Source: Candidatus Woesearchaeota archaeon
GTDB taxonomy: Archaea; Nanobdellota; Nanobdellia; Pacearchaeales; GW2011-AR1
Assembly (NCBI GenBank): GCA_964606775.1
Contig: CAZSGW010000001.1
Location: forward strand, 24,002 to 88,001
DNA: 64,000 bases
Direction of reading: 5' to 3'
Every line of letters begins with the position of its first letter. Position 1 is the stretch's first letter. The notes under the pieces are model-generated. The model was given only the letters and a program-made list of their open reading frames with translations. It was not told the origin of the DNA and searched no databases. The position numbers and the translations under genes were made by a program. Shown here piece by piece: positions 46,531 to 56,636 of the stretch.

Positions 46531-48977
46531 TCTAAATAAATTCCAGGTTTTCCAGGTTTAGCTTTCTTAGAAACATTATTAGGATCAAATTTTTCAGAAT
46601 CGTTAACTGCAAAAATTTTAACCGCTTTCCCAACCCTTTTACACACTTCAGTTTCATCATAAAACTCTCTCTCATGTGGAAGAACATAGACAAATACCTT
46701 TTCTTTTTTCTCGCCCTTAGTACCCATAATTTTCAAAATATTAACAATATCTGAAACTAATTTTTCTTGAGCTTGTTCTTGTTTCTCAAAAGTTTCATCA
46801 ATCTTTTTTTCTTCTGCTTCTGGCCATTTTGATAAACTAATTAATTTTTTATTTCCTATTTTTTCCCAAAGTTCCTCTGTGATATGTGGACAAAAAGGAT
46901 GTAATAATTTCAGAGATTTTTCTAAAACTTCTTTTGAAGTGTTTTTTGGAAGAGAATTAAATAACTCTCTAATTTTAATAATTGCTAAATTGTATTTGAA
47001 ATTATCAATTTGATTTGTTACTTCTTTAATGACTTTATTTAATTTGCTTTCTGTTTTTGCATCTGCTTCTGAAGCTTCAAAATTTTCAAAATAATTCATT
47101 ACTTTGCTCAAAAACTTCTGGCTCCCAATTAAAACTTTCTCATCCCAATTTGTATCTGAATTAGGAGAGGCAAAACTCATTAATGCCAATCTCAAAGAAT
47201 CTGAACCATAAACTCTAATAACATCTAAAGGATTAATAACATTTCCTCGAGATTTTGACATTTTTTCTCCATCTTCTCCGTGGAGCATTCCTTGATTAAA
47301 TAAACTTTGAAAAGGTTCATCAAAGTTTAAGAAGCCTAAATCTCTCAAAGCTTTTGTGAAAAATCTTGCATAAATCAAATGCATGCATGCGTGTTCTGCA
47401 CCTCCAATGTATTGGTCAACTGGCATCCAGTATTTTACTTTGTCTTTTGAAAATGCATTTGAAGTATTCTCTGGATCACAATATCTTAGATAGTACCAAG
47501 AAGAGTCAAAAAAGGTATCCATTGTGTCTGTTTCTCTTTTAGCATCACCTCCACATTTCGGACACGCGACATTAACCCAATCTTCATTTGTCTCCAAAGG
47601 ATTTCCTTCACCAAATTTAACCTCTTTAGGAAGTTCAACAGGCAATTCTTCTTCAGGAACTGGAACAGCTCCGCATTTTTCGCAATGTATTACTGGAATT
47701 GGAGTTCCCCAGTATCTTTGTCTTGAAACTAACCAATCTTTTAATTTAAATTGAACAGCTTCTTTTCCTAGTTTACTCTCTTCTAAATAATCCGTAATTT
47801 TTTTCTTTGCTTCTTGATTATCTAATTCATTAAAATTTCCTGAATTAATTAATTGTCCTTCACCCGTGTAGGCTTCAGCTTCATCCCATTCAAAATCTTT
47901 TGGATCAATTACTTGTTTAATCTCAATACCATACTTCTTTGCAAAAGCAAAATCTCTTTTATCATGAGCAGGAACTGCCATAACCATTCCAGAACCATAA
48001 TCAGCAACTACAAAGTTTCCTGCATAAATTGGAACTTTTTCATTGTTTATTGGATTAATTGCATATGAACCTGTGAAAACGCCTTCTTTTTCTAAATTCT
48101 CTAATTCCTTTTCAGAAACTGATTTTAATTTTTTAAGAAATTTTTCAACTTCTGGTTTTTGTTCTGGTGTTACTATGTCCATTAGTTTTTCGTGTTGTGC
48201 GGAAATAACCACGAAAGTTACTCCGAAAATTGTATCGGGACGAGTTGTGAAAACAGGCCATTTTTCCCCTTCAATATCAAAATCAATCTCAGTTCCATAA
48301 CTCTTTCCAATCCAATTTTTTTGCATAGTTTTAATTCTATGGGGCCAATCTAAATCATCTAATTTATCCAAAAGTTCATCAGCATAATCTGTTGTTTTTA
48401 TGAACCACTGCTCCAAAGGTTTAATTTCCACTTCAACATCTTCATGTCTCCAACACTTCCCATTTTGGACCTGTTCATTTGCTAAAACAGTTTCACATTT
48501 CGGACACCAATTAACATTAGCTTTCTTTCTATACACCAGCCCTTTTTCTAAAAACTTCAAAAACAAAAATTGATTCCACCTATAATACTCTAGCGAAGAG
48601 GTACTAACCATCCTTGACCAATCATAACTTAAACCCAAAGATTTTTGTTGCTGAATAAAATTAGAAATTGAATTTTCAGTATAATATTTAGGATGCTCGC
48701 CCGCCTTTATAGCTGCATTCTCAGCCGGAAGTCCAAAAGAGTCATAACCCATTGGATAAAGAACATTAAAATTCTGCATTCTTTTGAATCTAGCACGAAT
48801 ATCACCGATGGTATAATTCAAGGCATGACCCATATGCAAACCACTTCCTGAAGGATAAGGAAACATTTCAAGAACATAATATTTTTCTCTATCTGAATTA
48901 TCAACAACACGAAAAATTTCTTCCTCTTCCCACTTTTTCTGCCACTTTTTTTCTATTTCCTGAAAGTCGATTTCCAT
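46527..48977 (-). CDS. leuS: Leucyl-tRNA synthetase, bacterial type
   Basis: MFPYPSGSGLHMGH, GYDSFGLPAENAAIK, NWCPKCETVLANEQV, NWIGKS and KMSKS, collinear with E. coli LeuS. Confidence 0.9.
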   Translation of the reverse strand: MEIDFQEIEKKWQKKWEEEEIFRVVDNSDREKYYVLEMFPYPSGSGLHMGHALNYTIGDIRARFKRMQNFNVLYPMGYDSFGLPAENAAIKAGEHPKYYTENSISNFIQQQKSLGLSYDWSRMVSTSSLEYYRWNQFLFLKFLEKGLVYRKKANVNWCPKCETVLANEQVQNGKCWRHEDVEVEIKPLEQWFIKTTDYADELLDKLDDLDWPHRIKTMQKNWIGKSYGTEIDFDIEGEKWPVFTTRPDTIFGVTFVVISAQHEKLMDIVTPEQKPEVEKFLKKLKSVSEKELENLEKEGVFTGSYAINPINNEKVPIYAGNFVVADYGSGMVMAVPAHDKRDFAFAKKYGIEIKQVIDPKDFEWDEAEAYTGEGQLINSGNFNELDNQEAKKKITDYLEESKLGKEAVQFKLKDWLVSRQRYWGTPIPVIHCEKCGAVPVPEEELPVELPKEVKFGEGNPLETNEDWVNVACPKCGGDAKRETDTMDTFFDSSWYYLRYCDPENTSNAFSKDKVKYWMPVDQYIGGAEHACMHLIYARFFTKALRDLGFLNFDEPFQSLFNQGMLHGEDGEKMSKSRGNVINPLDVIRVYGSDSLRLALMSFASPNSDTNWDEKVLIGSQKFLSKVMNYFENFEASEADAKTESKLNKVIKEVTNQIDNFKYNLAIIKIRELFNSLPKNTSKEVLEKSLKLLHPFCPHITEELWEKIGNKKLISLSKWPEAEEKKIDETFEKQEQAQEKLVSDIVNILKIMGTKGEKKEKVFVYVLPHEREFYDETEVCKRVGKAVKIFAVNDSEKFDPNNVSKKAKPGKPGIYLE

Positions 48978-49029
48978 AAAATAACAACAGCTTAGGAACT
49001 TTTAAATATTCCTCCAACCTATCACAACC

Positions 49030-49542
49030 ATGATAAAAACCCAACTAACAAAAGAGATAATTTCTACAAACGAGGCTGAAGCTTTCTCTTTACATAAAAA
49101 ATCTAATTTCGGAGAACCAATTGGAGAAAAAATTCAATACACTCTTTCAGAAGCAATTTACCTCGTAGAAAAAAACAAAATAGAAATTTATTCCAGAAAT
49201 AAAAAAATTCCAAAAAAAGAAGTATTACAAAAATTACAAAGAATAGACAAAAGAATTCAAACAAAATATCCTGTCTTTAAAGATTTAAGAAACAAAGGAT
49301 ATGTCGTAAAAACAGCACTGAAATTTGGAGCAGATTTCAGAGTTTATGACAAAGGTTCCAAACCCGGAAAATCCCACGCAAAATGGTTAGTATTTTGCGA
49401 ACATGAATCAAGGAAAAATTCTTGGCAAGATTTTTCAGCAAAAAACAGAGTAGCACACTCAACAAAAAAGAAACTTCTTTTAGCAATAGTAGACGAAGAA
49501 TCTGACGTTCTATACTACGAAGTCAATTGGATAAAGCCATAA
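49030..49542 (+). CDS. endA: tRNA-splicing endonuclease EndA (single-subunit homotetramer type)
   Basis: Catalytic C-domain GYVVKTALKFGADFRVYDKG..SHAKWLV..AHSTKK with the Tyr/His/Lys triad. Confidence 0.8.
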   Translation: MIKTQLTKEIISTNEAEAFSLHKKSNFGEPIGEKIQYTLSEAIYLVEKNKIEIYSRNKKIPKKEVLQKLQRIDKRIQTKYPVFKDLRNKGYVVKTALKFGADFRVYDKGSKPGKSHAKWLVFCEHESRKNSWQDFSAKNRVAHSTKKKLLLAIVDEESDVLYYEVNWIKP

Positions 49543-49576
49543 AAATCTTTATAACTCCATTAATTCTAAAAATATC

Positions 49577-50521
49577 ATGCCACAAAAAGATACAACTCAA
49601 CTAAAAGAAAAAATAATATCCTTTATCCAAAATAGAGGTCCAAGTCTTCCAGTTCACATCGCAAGTCATATCGGAATGAGCATGTTATTCACATCTGCTT
49701 TTTTATCCGAACTTCTATCTGAAAAAAAACTAAAGATGTCAAACATGAAAATAGGAAGCTCTTCACTTTACCTTATTCCGGGACAAGAAGAAAAATTAAC
49801 AAACTTTTCACAGCACCTAAAAAGCAAAGAAAGGGATGCGTATGAAATTTTAAAAGGAAAAGAAATCCTAAAAGACTCCGAACAAGAGCCTGCAATAAAA
49901 GTTGCACTAAGAGCAATAAAAGACTTCGCAATTCCAATTCAGGAAAATAATGAATTATATTGGAAACACATAAAATCAGAAAAAAAAGTAAGTCCTCAAA
50001 AAACTGAACCTCTGAAAGAAGATTCTCCAAGACAAGAACCCGAAGAGAAAGAGGAAAACGGATTCATAGGTTCAGTAAAACAAGAATTCCAAAGACAAGA
50101 ACAAACAAAAGAACAAGAAGAAATCCAAAAAACTCCAAAAGAAAACTCCTCCGAAGAGAAAAAAGAAACACAAAAGAAAAAAACCACAAATAAAAAAACA
50201 CGTAAAACATCCAATAAAAAAAATGAGCAATTCTTCAATAAAGTGAAAGAATATCTCTCAAGAAAGAATATAGAAATTTCCGACATAATAAGTTTCAATA
50301 ACAAAGAACTAATATTAAAAGTTTTAAAAGAAGAAAGAGAGAAATTAATTGTAGCTCACAACAAAAAAAGGATTGATGAAAAAGATCTAATAAATGCCCA
50401 TAAAAAAGCTGAAGAACATAATTTAAAATATATGATATTTTGTCTGGGAGACCCATTAAAAAAAATAACCTCCTTGATAGACGCTATTAGAAGTTTAGAA
50501 AAAATTGAAAAAATAGAATAG
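49577..50521 (+). CDS. Hypothetical protein with predicted N-terminal winged helix and K/E-rich linker (314 aa)
   Basis: N-terminal ..IISFIQNRGPSLPVHIASHIGMS..KIGSSSLYLIP has a WH-like pattern; the rest is unknown. Confidence 0.4.
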   Translation: MPQKDTTQLKEKIISFIQNRGPSLPVHIASHIGMSMLFTSAFLSELLSEKKLKMSNMKIGSSSLYLIPGQEEKLTNFSQHLKSKERDAYEILKGKEILKDSEQEPAIKVALRAIKDFAIPIQENNELYWKHIKSEKKVSPQKTEPLKEDSPRQEPEEKEENGFIGSVKQEFQRQEQTKEQEEIQKTPKENSSEEKKETQKKKTTNKKTRKTSNKKNEQFFNKVKEYLSRKNIEISDIISFNNKELILKVLKEEREKLIVAHNKKRIDEKDLINAHKKAEEHNLKYMIFCLGDPLKKITSLIDAIRSLEKIEKIE

Positions 50522-50944
50522 TTACAATTCAGTTTCATAACCAGCATCTATCCATGCTTGATAATTTCCTTCTAACCTATAAACATTTTGAAATCCTGCA
50601 TCAACAAGTTTATTTGCTCCAGCTATTGAAGCACTATCAACATGACAATAGACAAGATAAGTATCATTAGGATTTAAAGAAGGTATAGCCTCGTCCAAAG
50701 AACCATCTCCCACATAATAATTAACCGCTCCAGGCAAATGTCCCTCATCATATTTTGGAGAAACATCAATTATAATCAATTCAGGATTAGAATCAATCAA
50801 ATTTTTTGCTTCCTCAGGAGAAACATCCACATAATCTTGACCAACCATAATTTCCTTGGTAACAGGTTTCTCATAAAAGAAAAGAAACCCAACTAAACCA
50901 ATCACCAAAATTCCAACGATTACATAAATTAATTTTTTATTCAT
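50522..50944 (-). CDS. Membrane-anchored rhodanese-domain sulfurtransferase
   Basis: N-terminal TM plus a rhodanese fold with the active-site CHVDSAS. Confidence 0.7.
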   Translation of the reverse strand: MNKKLIYVIVGILVIGLVGFLFFYEKPVTKEIMVGQDYVDVSPEEAKNLIDSNPELIIIDVSPKYDEGHLPGAVNYYVGDGSLDEAIPSLNPNDTYLVYCHVDSASIAGANKLVDAGFQNVYRLEGNYQAWIDAGYETEL

Positions 50945-51443
50945 CTTTAAACATTAAAAATAACAAGGTTATCCCATTTATTGCAAACATCCTAAATGCA
51001 GCATCCTGCCCATTCCAAATATCAGACTGCCACATTGCAAACCACTCTCCTCCAATTGTTATGAATGCCAAAAACCACAACAACAATCCAAAAGTTAAAC
51101 CAACAATTCCAGGTCTCAATCCCCATTCAAATTTTTTATCTTTATAAAATCTAAAACAATTTGCAGTTCCAATCCAACAATAAACTGCAACCAGTAACTC
51201 CCATGCAATAATTATCCAATAAAAAATATTATGAATAACAGGATTAGTAATTGCTCTCCACATTAAATTATTTCCTTCAAAAGTTGTATCCATCGAAAGA
51301 ACATGTTCAACAAATTGATAATTTGAGTTATAATCTATTAAATTATTAAAAACAACAAGAGTAAAAAATATAGCAGTGGATAATAGCAATAATGTTTTAG
51401 AAAAACGAATCGCCTCTTTTCTAGACCACTTTTTCCAAGCCAT
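50937..51443 (-). CDS. Small integral membrane protein (DUF2165-like)
   Basis: Four TM helices, Trp-rich. Confidence 0.45.
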   Translation of the reverse strand: MAWKKWSRKEAIRFSKTLLLLSTAIFFTLVVFNNLIDYNSNYQFVEHVLSMDTTFEGNNLMWRAITNPVIHNIFYWIIIAWELLVAVYCWIGTANCFRFYKDKKFEWGLRPGIVGLTFGLLLWFLAFITIGGEWFAMWQSDIWNGQDAAFRMFAINGITLLFLMFKDE

Positions 51444-51483
51444 AAGAACCTATAGGCTCTAATCTTTTTAAATGTATTCTAAT

Positions 51484-52092
51484 TTATCTTTTGCCATTCA
51501 AAAATAATTCATTAACTTTATCCCAATTAATTAAATTAAAAAAATTATCCACATAATCTCCCTTTTTATTCTGATATTTCAGATAATAAGCGTGCTCCCA
51601 CATATCAATCACCAAAAGAGGAATCATTCCATTACTGATTGGATTTTCATGCCCTGCAGTATTTAAAATTTCTAATTGATTATTATTCAAGACCAACCAA
51701 GTCCAACCACTTCCAAAAACTTTTGTTGCAGATTCTTTAAAATGTGTTTTAAATTGTTCGAGATTTCCAAACTTTTGTTTAATTTCCGTCAAAATTTCCT
51801 TTCCACCAATTTCACTTCCTTTATTCAAGATACTCCAAAAAAAAGTATGATTCAGATGTCCTCCTCCATTATTCCTCACAGAAACTCTTATTTCATCAGA
51901 AATATTACCAATATTTCTTATTAACTCTTCAAGGGGTTTATCTATTAATTCGGGATATTTTTCTAATGATTTATTCAATTTATCCACATACCCTTGATGA
52001 TGTTTATCATGATGAATCTTCATTGTTTGTTCATCTATTTCTGGTTCTAAAAAATCATATTCATAAGGCAAAGGCCCTAATTCATAACTCAT
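51484..52092 (-). CDS. sod: Fe/Mn superoxide dismutase
   Basis: HHDKHHQGYV, and the metal ligands in DMWEHAYY. Confidence 0.9.
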   Translation of the reverse strand: MSYELGPLPYEYDFLEPEIDEQTMKIHHDKHHQGYVDKLNKSLEKYPELIDKPLEELIRNIGNISDEIRVSVRNNGGGHLNHTFFWSILNKGSEIGGKEILTEIKQKFGNLEQFKTHFKESATKVFGSGWTWLVLNNNQLEILNTAGHENPISNGMIPLLVIDMWEHAYYLKYQNKKGDYVDNFFNLINWDKVNELFLNGKR

Positions 52093-52370
52093 TTTGAAAG
52101 CTCTTCAACTTCTTTCTTCCCTTCTTCAAGCTCTTTAACTTGTTCCTCATCTAATTCAAGAAGAAGAGTTTGAAATTCTCCAACATGTGTCTTCTCCTCT
52201 CTTGCAACATCAAGCATAATTTCCTTAACCTTTTTACTTTTAGCCTTAGCCGCAAGTTGCTCATAAAGATTAACCGCATCAAGTTCAGCAATCATTCCTA
52301 ATCTAAGAATTTCTTTATCAACATCTTTAGAAGACAATTTATCTAAATCAATCGGCTCTTTTGATAACAT
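52089..52370 (-). CDS. Ferritin-like/rubrerythrin-like diiron four-helix protein (93 aa)
   Basis: E..H metal motifs (AELDAVNLYEQLA ..REEKTHVGEF); translationally coupled (ATGA) to sod. Confidence 0.45.
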   Translation of the reverse strand: MLSKEPIDLDKLSSKDVDKEILRLGMIAELDAVNLYEQLAAKAKSKKVKEIMLDVAREEKTHVGEFQTLLLELDEEQVKELEEGKKEVEELSK

Positions 52371-52421
52371 AAGTTATAAAACAAAAAGGGGTTTTTAATT
52401 GTTTGTCTATGTCAAAAAGTA

Positions 52422-53684
52422 TTAATCTTCAATAAAAGAAATAGGTTTCAAATATTGTTCAATCATTTTATCTGTAAATGGATACCCCAAAATTTTCTGA
52501 AAAAAAGTGTTTCTAACCTTTGAGTAAACAAACCTTGTCTGATAAGTTTCTTCTTTCATTCCAACAATTGGAAGCTCCTCCCCTCCTCTTTCATAAGGTA
52601 AAACCATTCCACCTATAATCTTCTCATTTTGAGAATTATGTTTTGTTTTATTATCAACAAAATCCGCATACCTCACAAGATAATTATCTGCTTTAATTCG
52701 AGCAAGTGCAAGTGATTTTCTAGCTTCCGGAGAAGAATAAAGGGGATTTGCTCCAGAATTCTTAAAATTCACAACCACCAAAATTTGGTCATCGTATCTA
52801 TAAAAACCTTCTTCCAAAGTATCTCCTTTAGAACATTCTGGAAAACCACCCAAATAAGAAAAATTATCTTTCAAATCAGACTCTTCCGACTCCCCCATTT
52901 TTTCCGAAACAACTCCCTGTAAATAATTATTCTGTCTTTCAATAAATGAATTACTCAAAGAATTATTCGCATGGTTACAATATTTCTCGGCATCAACCAG
53001 AAAAAATGTGGCATTTTGCATATCTCCTTTTCTAATATATTTCTTCAATTTAGATTTAAACTTTCTCTTCGCAAAATTTCCTTTGGTGTATTTTTCTAAG
53101 TCATATTTACTATCTGCATCTATTTTTCTAGCCTCAAGCTCATGTTTATATCTATTCAACAAAGATTTGTCTTCTTTTTGTTCTTCGAGATATAATTCCA
53201 AATCCTCCAAAAAAATCTCTGCCTCTTTAAACGTACTTTCATCTTCTAAATCCACAATAGAATTAAACCTATTTTCCATATTCTCTGGAGTATAAACTTT
53301 CAAAAAATCCTCACTACGAAATTTGATTCTCTCCTCAATATCCTCTTTATATTTTTTATATCTTTTTTCAAAAATAGTTCCAGTGTTTGAAGGGTCATAA
53401 TATTCATCGTAAACAACATTCTTAGCTTCAAAATATCTATGCTCTTTAATGAGTCTTGCATACTCAAGATTAAAACGTTTTGAAGCCAACTCCATTCTTT
53501 TAAAAGAAGCGGGGCCAGCATTCTTTAAGACACCTTCCAAAGAATCAACTTTCTGCTTCAGCTCAGTAGTATCCAAACAAATATCCGATTTAACCTTCTT
53601 AGGAGAATAAACCTGATTGGAAGCACATCCTGTAAGAATCCCGGTGGAAATAGCCAAGCCATACATGAAATTTTTTATTGTCAT
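52422..53684 (-). CDS. Predicted lipoprotein (lipobox LTGC) of unknown function, 420 aa
   Basis: MTIKNFMYGLAISTGILTGCASNQ is a basic n-region plus h-region plus L-T-G-C lipobox. Confidence 0.45.
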   Translation of the reverse strand: MTIKNFMYGLAISTGILTGCASNQVYSPKKVKSDICLDTTELKQKVDSLEGVLKNAGPASFKRMELASKRFNLEYARLIKEHRYFEAKNVVYDEYYDPSNTGTIFEKRYKKYKEDIEERIKFRSEDFLKVYTPENMENRFNSIVDLEDESTFKEAEIFLEDLELYLEEQKEDKSLLNRYKHELEARKIDADSKYDLEKYTKGNFAKRKFKSKLKKYIRKGDMQNATFFLVDAEKYCNHANNSLSNSFIERQNNYLQGVVSEKMGESEESDLKDNFSYLGGFPECSKGDTLEEGFYRYDDQILVVVNFKNSGANPLYSSPEARKSLALARIKADNYLVRYADFVDNKTKHNSQNEKIIGGMVLPYERGGEELPIVGMKEETYQTRFVYSKVRNTFFQKILGYPFTDKMIEQYLKPISFIED

Positions 53685-53730
53685 TATAAAATAGTTATAA
53701 ACACTCTTTAAAAATTTTTCGAGACTAAAA

Positions 53731-54303
53731 CTATTTCCCTTTACGTTTTCCAGCTCTCACAGAAGGACGATTTTTATTCTCAGAACTTTTACTTCTCAAT
53801 CCACGAGATTTTCTTCCAGAAGAAGTTTTACCTTTCAAAGTTCTCTTTTTATTAGCACCATTTCCAATCCAAGAAAAACTTTTGTCATTCTTTATTTCAG
53901 GTCTTTGAGGATCAACACAAATTACCTCATAGAAATAATTCATTCCATCTTTTCCAATATTGTAAGAATTAAGAACTTCCAAATTCTTAAACTTATTCTG
54001 AACTCTATTTTCGGCAATCCACTTATAAGACATCTTCAAATTCTTTCTAGTATGCATTCTCTTACTTCTTCTTCCCTTATTCGGCCTCGGACGTCTATGC
54101 CCCCCTCTCTTAACTCTAACTCTAATTACAACAAATCCTTTTTTATCTTTATAACCCAAAGCTCTCGCTCTATCTAATCTTAAAGGTTTATCAACTCGAG
54201 TAAAAACGCCAGATTTTCTCCATTCAATCATCCGATTCCTCAAAGTTTCCTTATCTGGTTTTTTCCATGCTTGCTTAATGTAATTATACAATCCTTTTAC
54301 CAT
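53731..54303 (-). CDS. rpl15e: Ribosomal protein L15e
   Basis: MVKGLYNYIKQAWKKP..VRVKRGGHRRPRPNKGRR matches the universal L15e signature. Confidence 0.9.
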   Translation of the reverse strand: MVKGLYNYIKQAWKKPDKETLRNRMIEWRKSGVFTRVDKPLRLDRARALGYKDKKGFVVIRVRVKRGGHRRPRPNKGRRSKRMHTRKNLKMSYKWIAENRVQNKFKNLEVLNSYNIGKDGMNYFYEVICVDPQRPEIKNDKSFSWIGNGANKKRTLKGKTSSGRKSRGLRSKSSENKNRPSVRAGKRKGK

Positions 54304-54355
54304 AGAATATGAATAGAAATTTGATTTTTAAAGCTTGGGGTTATGTTTTAGAGAA

Positions 54356-54430
54356 TGAGGCTGCACGGATTTGAACCGTGGACCCCTACCTTATCAGAGT
54401 AGTGCTCTGACCAGACTGAGCTACAGCCTC
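54356..54430 (-). tRNA. tRNA-Ile (anticodon GAT)
   Basis: Minus strand: GAGGCUG acceptor, D-arm GCUCAGUCUGGUCAGAGC, anticodon loop CUGAUAA, T-arm CACGG-TTCAAAT-CCGTG. Confidence 0.85.
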
Positions 54431-54508
54431 ATGGAAATCCTACCAAAAACTGATTTATAAAACTTATGAAACACCAAAATTTAAAAAATAGAAAGAATTA
54501 GAAAACAA

Positions 54509-55024
54509 ATGAAAGCAAAAAAAGGCATAACAATAACAATAATAATTCTGGTATTAGTTACAAGTATTTTTCTAATTTCAAGTAACGAGGAAAATCAAAA
54601 ATCAACTTCAAAAACAAAAACATCTTCTGAAACAAAACAGGAAAAAACAAAACCTTCAAAAGTTCCATTAACAAATTCTGAGAAAGAAAAAATAGAAGAC
54701 GCATTACTGTCAAGCCAATTCATCAAAGACATCCCAACAAAAAATCCAATTTCAATAAGATTCTTCTATTTCGAAAACGGCTCAAGAATTTGGCAAGATA
54801 GATTTTACATGGCTGATGGAGAATTAATTGATAAAACTTCGACAGGAATAGAAATAATAATCCACTCAAAATACATAGAAGATTTAGGAACAAAAGAACT
54901 TTGTTCAGTTATACAAGATGCAAGAAACAAAGGGGATTTAGGCACCGAAACAGAATACAGTCAAACAAAATTAGCTTGGAAATACAAAGGCATGCTAAAA
55001 CACAAAGCTTGTTTTGGATTATAA
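54509..55024 (+). CDS. Membrane-anchored hypothetical protein (171 aa)
   Basis: N-terminal TM, Ser/Thr/Lys-rich linker, and a C-terminal globular domain. Confidence 0.4.
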   Translation: MKAKKGITITIIILVLVTSIFLISSNEENQKSTSKTKTSSETKQEKTKPSKVPLTNSEKEKIEDALLSSQFIKDIPTKNPISIRFFYFENGSRIWQDRFYMADGELIDKTSTGIEIIIHSKYIEDLGTKELCSVIQDARNKGDLGTETEYSQTKLAWKYKGMLKHKACFGL

Positions 55025-55921
55025 CTCAAAACTCTCTAAATCTTTCACAACCTTCGAATTTTCAAAAATTTCTTTAGCCTCATTCTCAATTTTTTCCATA
55101 TTATTCTCATACCTGCCACTAATATGTGTTAAATATAATTGTTTAACCTTCGCCTTCTTTGCAATCTCTCCTGCATCTTTAGAAGTTAAATGCCTATATT
55201 CTTCGGCTTGCTCTTGCAATTCACTTCCAAAAGTAGATTCACAAACCAATAAATCAGCATCTTTAACAAAGGGAACAATTTTGTCATTCATTTTAGTGTC
55301 TAAAACAAAAGAAATCTTTTTACCTTCTTCAACATAAGTTAAATTTTTTGAGCTATATTTTTTACCCTCATGAACAACATCCTCTCCATTTTTCAATTTT
55401 TGTAACAATGGACCTGCAGGAATACTCGTTTTTTCCAACTTCCCCTTATCTATTCTTCTCTGTTCTTTAACTACAAAATTATAAGCATTACAAAACGTTC
55501 CATGGTTCATCTTTTCACATTCTAAATAAAAATCATCATTCTCAAAAAATCTTCCCGAAACATCCTTAACTGCCAAATTATGATCTGCAACAAATTTAAA
55601 GGCATCTAAGATTCTCCCAATATAATCCTCAGTATATTTTGGACCATGAATATACAGTTTTTTATTATACTCGCTTAGAGCAAAAGTCTGCAAAATTCCC
55701 GGAATTCCTAAAATATGGTCTCCATGCCAGTGAGTAATCAAAATGCGGCTAAGTTTTAAAGGATTCAAACCCGCTTTCCTGAATTGTCTCTGAGTTCCTT
55801 CTCCACAATCAATCAAAATATTCTCATCTTTATATTGCAAATAAATCGCAGTATGATTTCTCTTTGCAGTTGGCACTGCATCTCCAGTTCCTAAAAAAGT
55901 TAATTTTATTTTTTCTGCCAT
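55019..55921 (-). CDS. rnz: Ribonuclease Z (tRNA 3' endonuclease, MBL fold)
   Basis: ILITHWHGDHILG (HxHxDH); 300 aa with RNase Z-like termini. Confidence 0.8.
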   Translation of the reverse strand: MAEKIKLTFLGTGDAVPTAKRNHTAIYLQYKDENILIDCGEGTQRQFRKAGLNPLKLSRILITHWHGDHILGIPGILQTFALSEYNKKLYIHGPKYTEDYIGRILDAFKFVADHNLAVKDVSGRFFENDDFYLECEKMNHGTFCNAYNFVVKEQRRIDKGKLEKTSIPAGPLLQKLKNGEDVVHEGKKYSSKNLTYVEEGKKISFVLDTKMNDKIVPFVKDADLLVCESTFGSELQEQAEEYRHLTSKDAGEIAKKAKVKQLYLTHISGRYENNMEKIENEAKEIFENSKVVKDLESFEL

Positions 55922-56378
55922 TATTTAATTAAATAATTAGAATATTTAAAACCAACGATACTGTATATAAAACGTTGTGAATAGAAGCAGGAATTTTGAA
56001 TTTCCCGAAAAAATGATTAGAGGAAGGGATTTGGTTTTAGAAGAAAGTAAGCAATGTTTTATTATGCATTTTCCCAAACTCCATCCTCTTTTCCCTCATA
56101 ATTCGGCCATCTTTGGCTGTTGAATTTTATGTAAAAACTCGTCATACTGATTTGAATTTTCCATATAAGAAAAAACCTTCAACATAGAAGCAATTAAATC
56201 ATTGTAAGTTTGCCTAGGATATTCTTTAGCATTCTTCAATATTTCAAATTAATCTTTTTATCCAGAAGTATTGTTAATTGTTCCATTATGTATTGACTAT
56301 GTATGCACTAGGTATAAACTTTTTCAAAGTTCCAACTAATTCAAACTTTTGATACGCGGAAAATAAATAAAAACGCAA

Positions 56379-56636
56379 CTACTCTGACTTCAAAGCTGTC
56401 GAAGCCGGAGAAATATAGATGATTGTGTCACCTCTCAAAAAAGTTAAGCCCAAATTTTTCTTAACTTCTCCGTTTTCCATTTGTTTTACATTTTCCAACA
56501 CTAAATTAATGTGGATATCAAAAGCCAACAAAGTTCCAGTAAACTGCTTGTCACCCTTCAAGGTAACCAACACTTCTTTTCCTTTAGAGTTGTTCAACAA
56601 ATCCAAAGGTCTTTCAATTCCGTTAGCCATAACCAT
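56379..56636 (-). CDS. lsm: Sm-like archaeal protein (SmAP/LSm)
   Basis: Sm1 ..KEVLVTLKGDKQFTGTLLAFDIHINLVLENV.. and Sm2 ..FLRGDTIIYI. The true start is probably the Met in MANG. Confidence 0.8.
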   Translation of the reverse strand: MVMANGIERPLDLLNNSKGKEVLVTLKGDKQFTGTLLAFDIHINLVLENVKQMENGEVKKNLGLTFLRGDTIIYISPASTALKSE

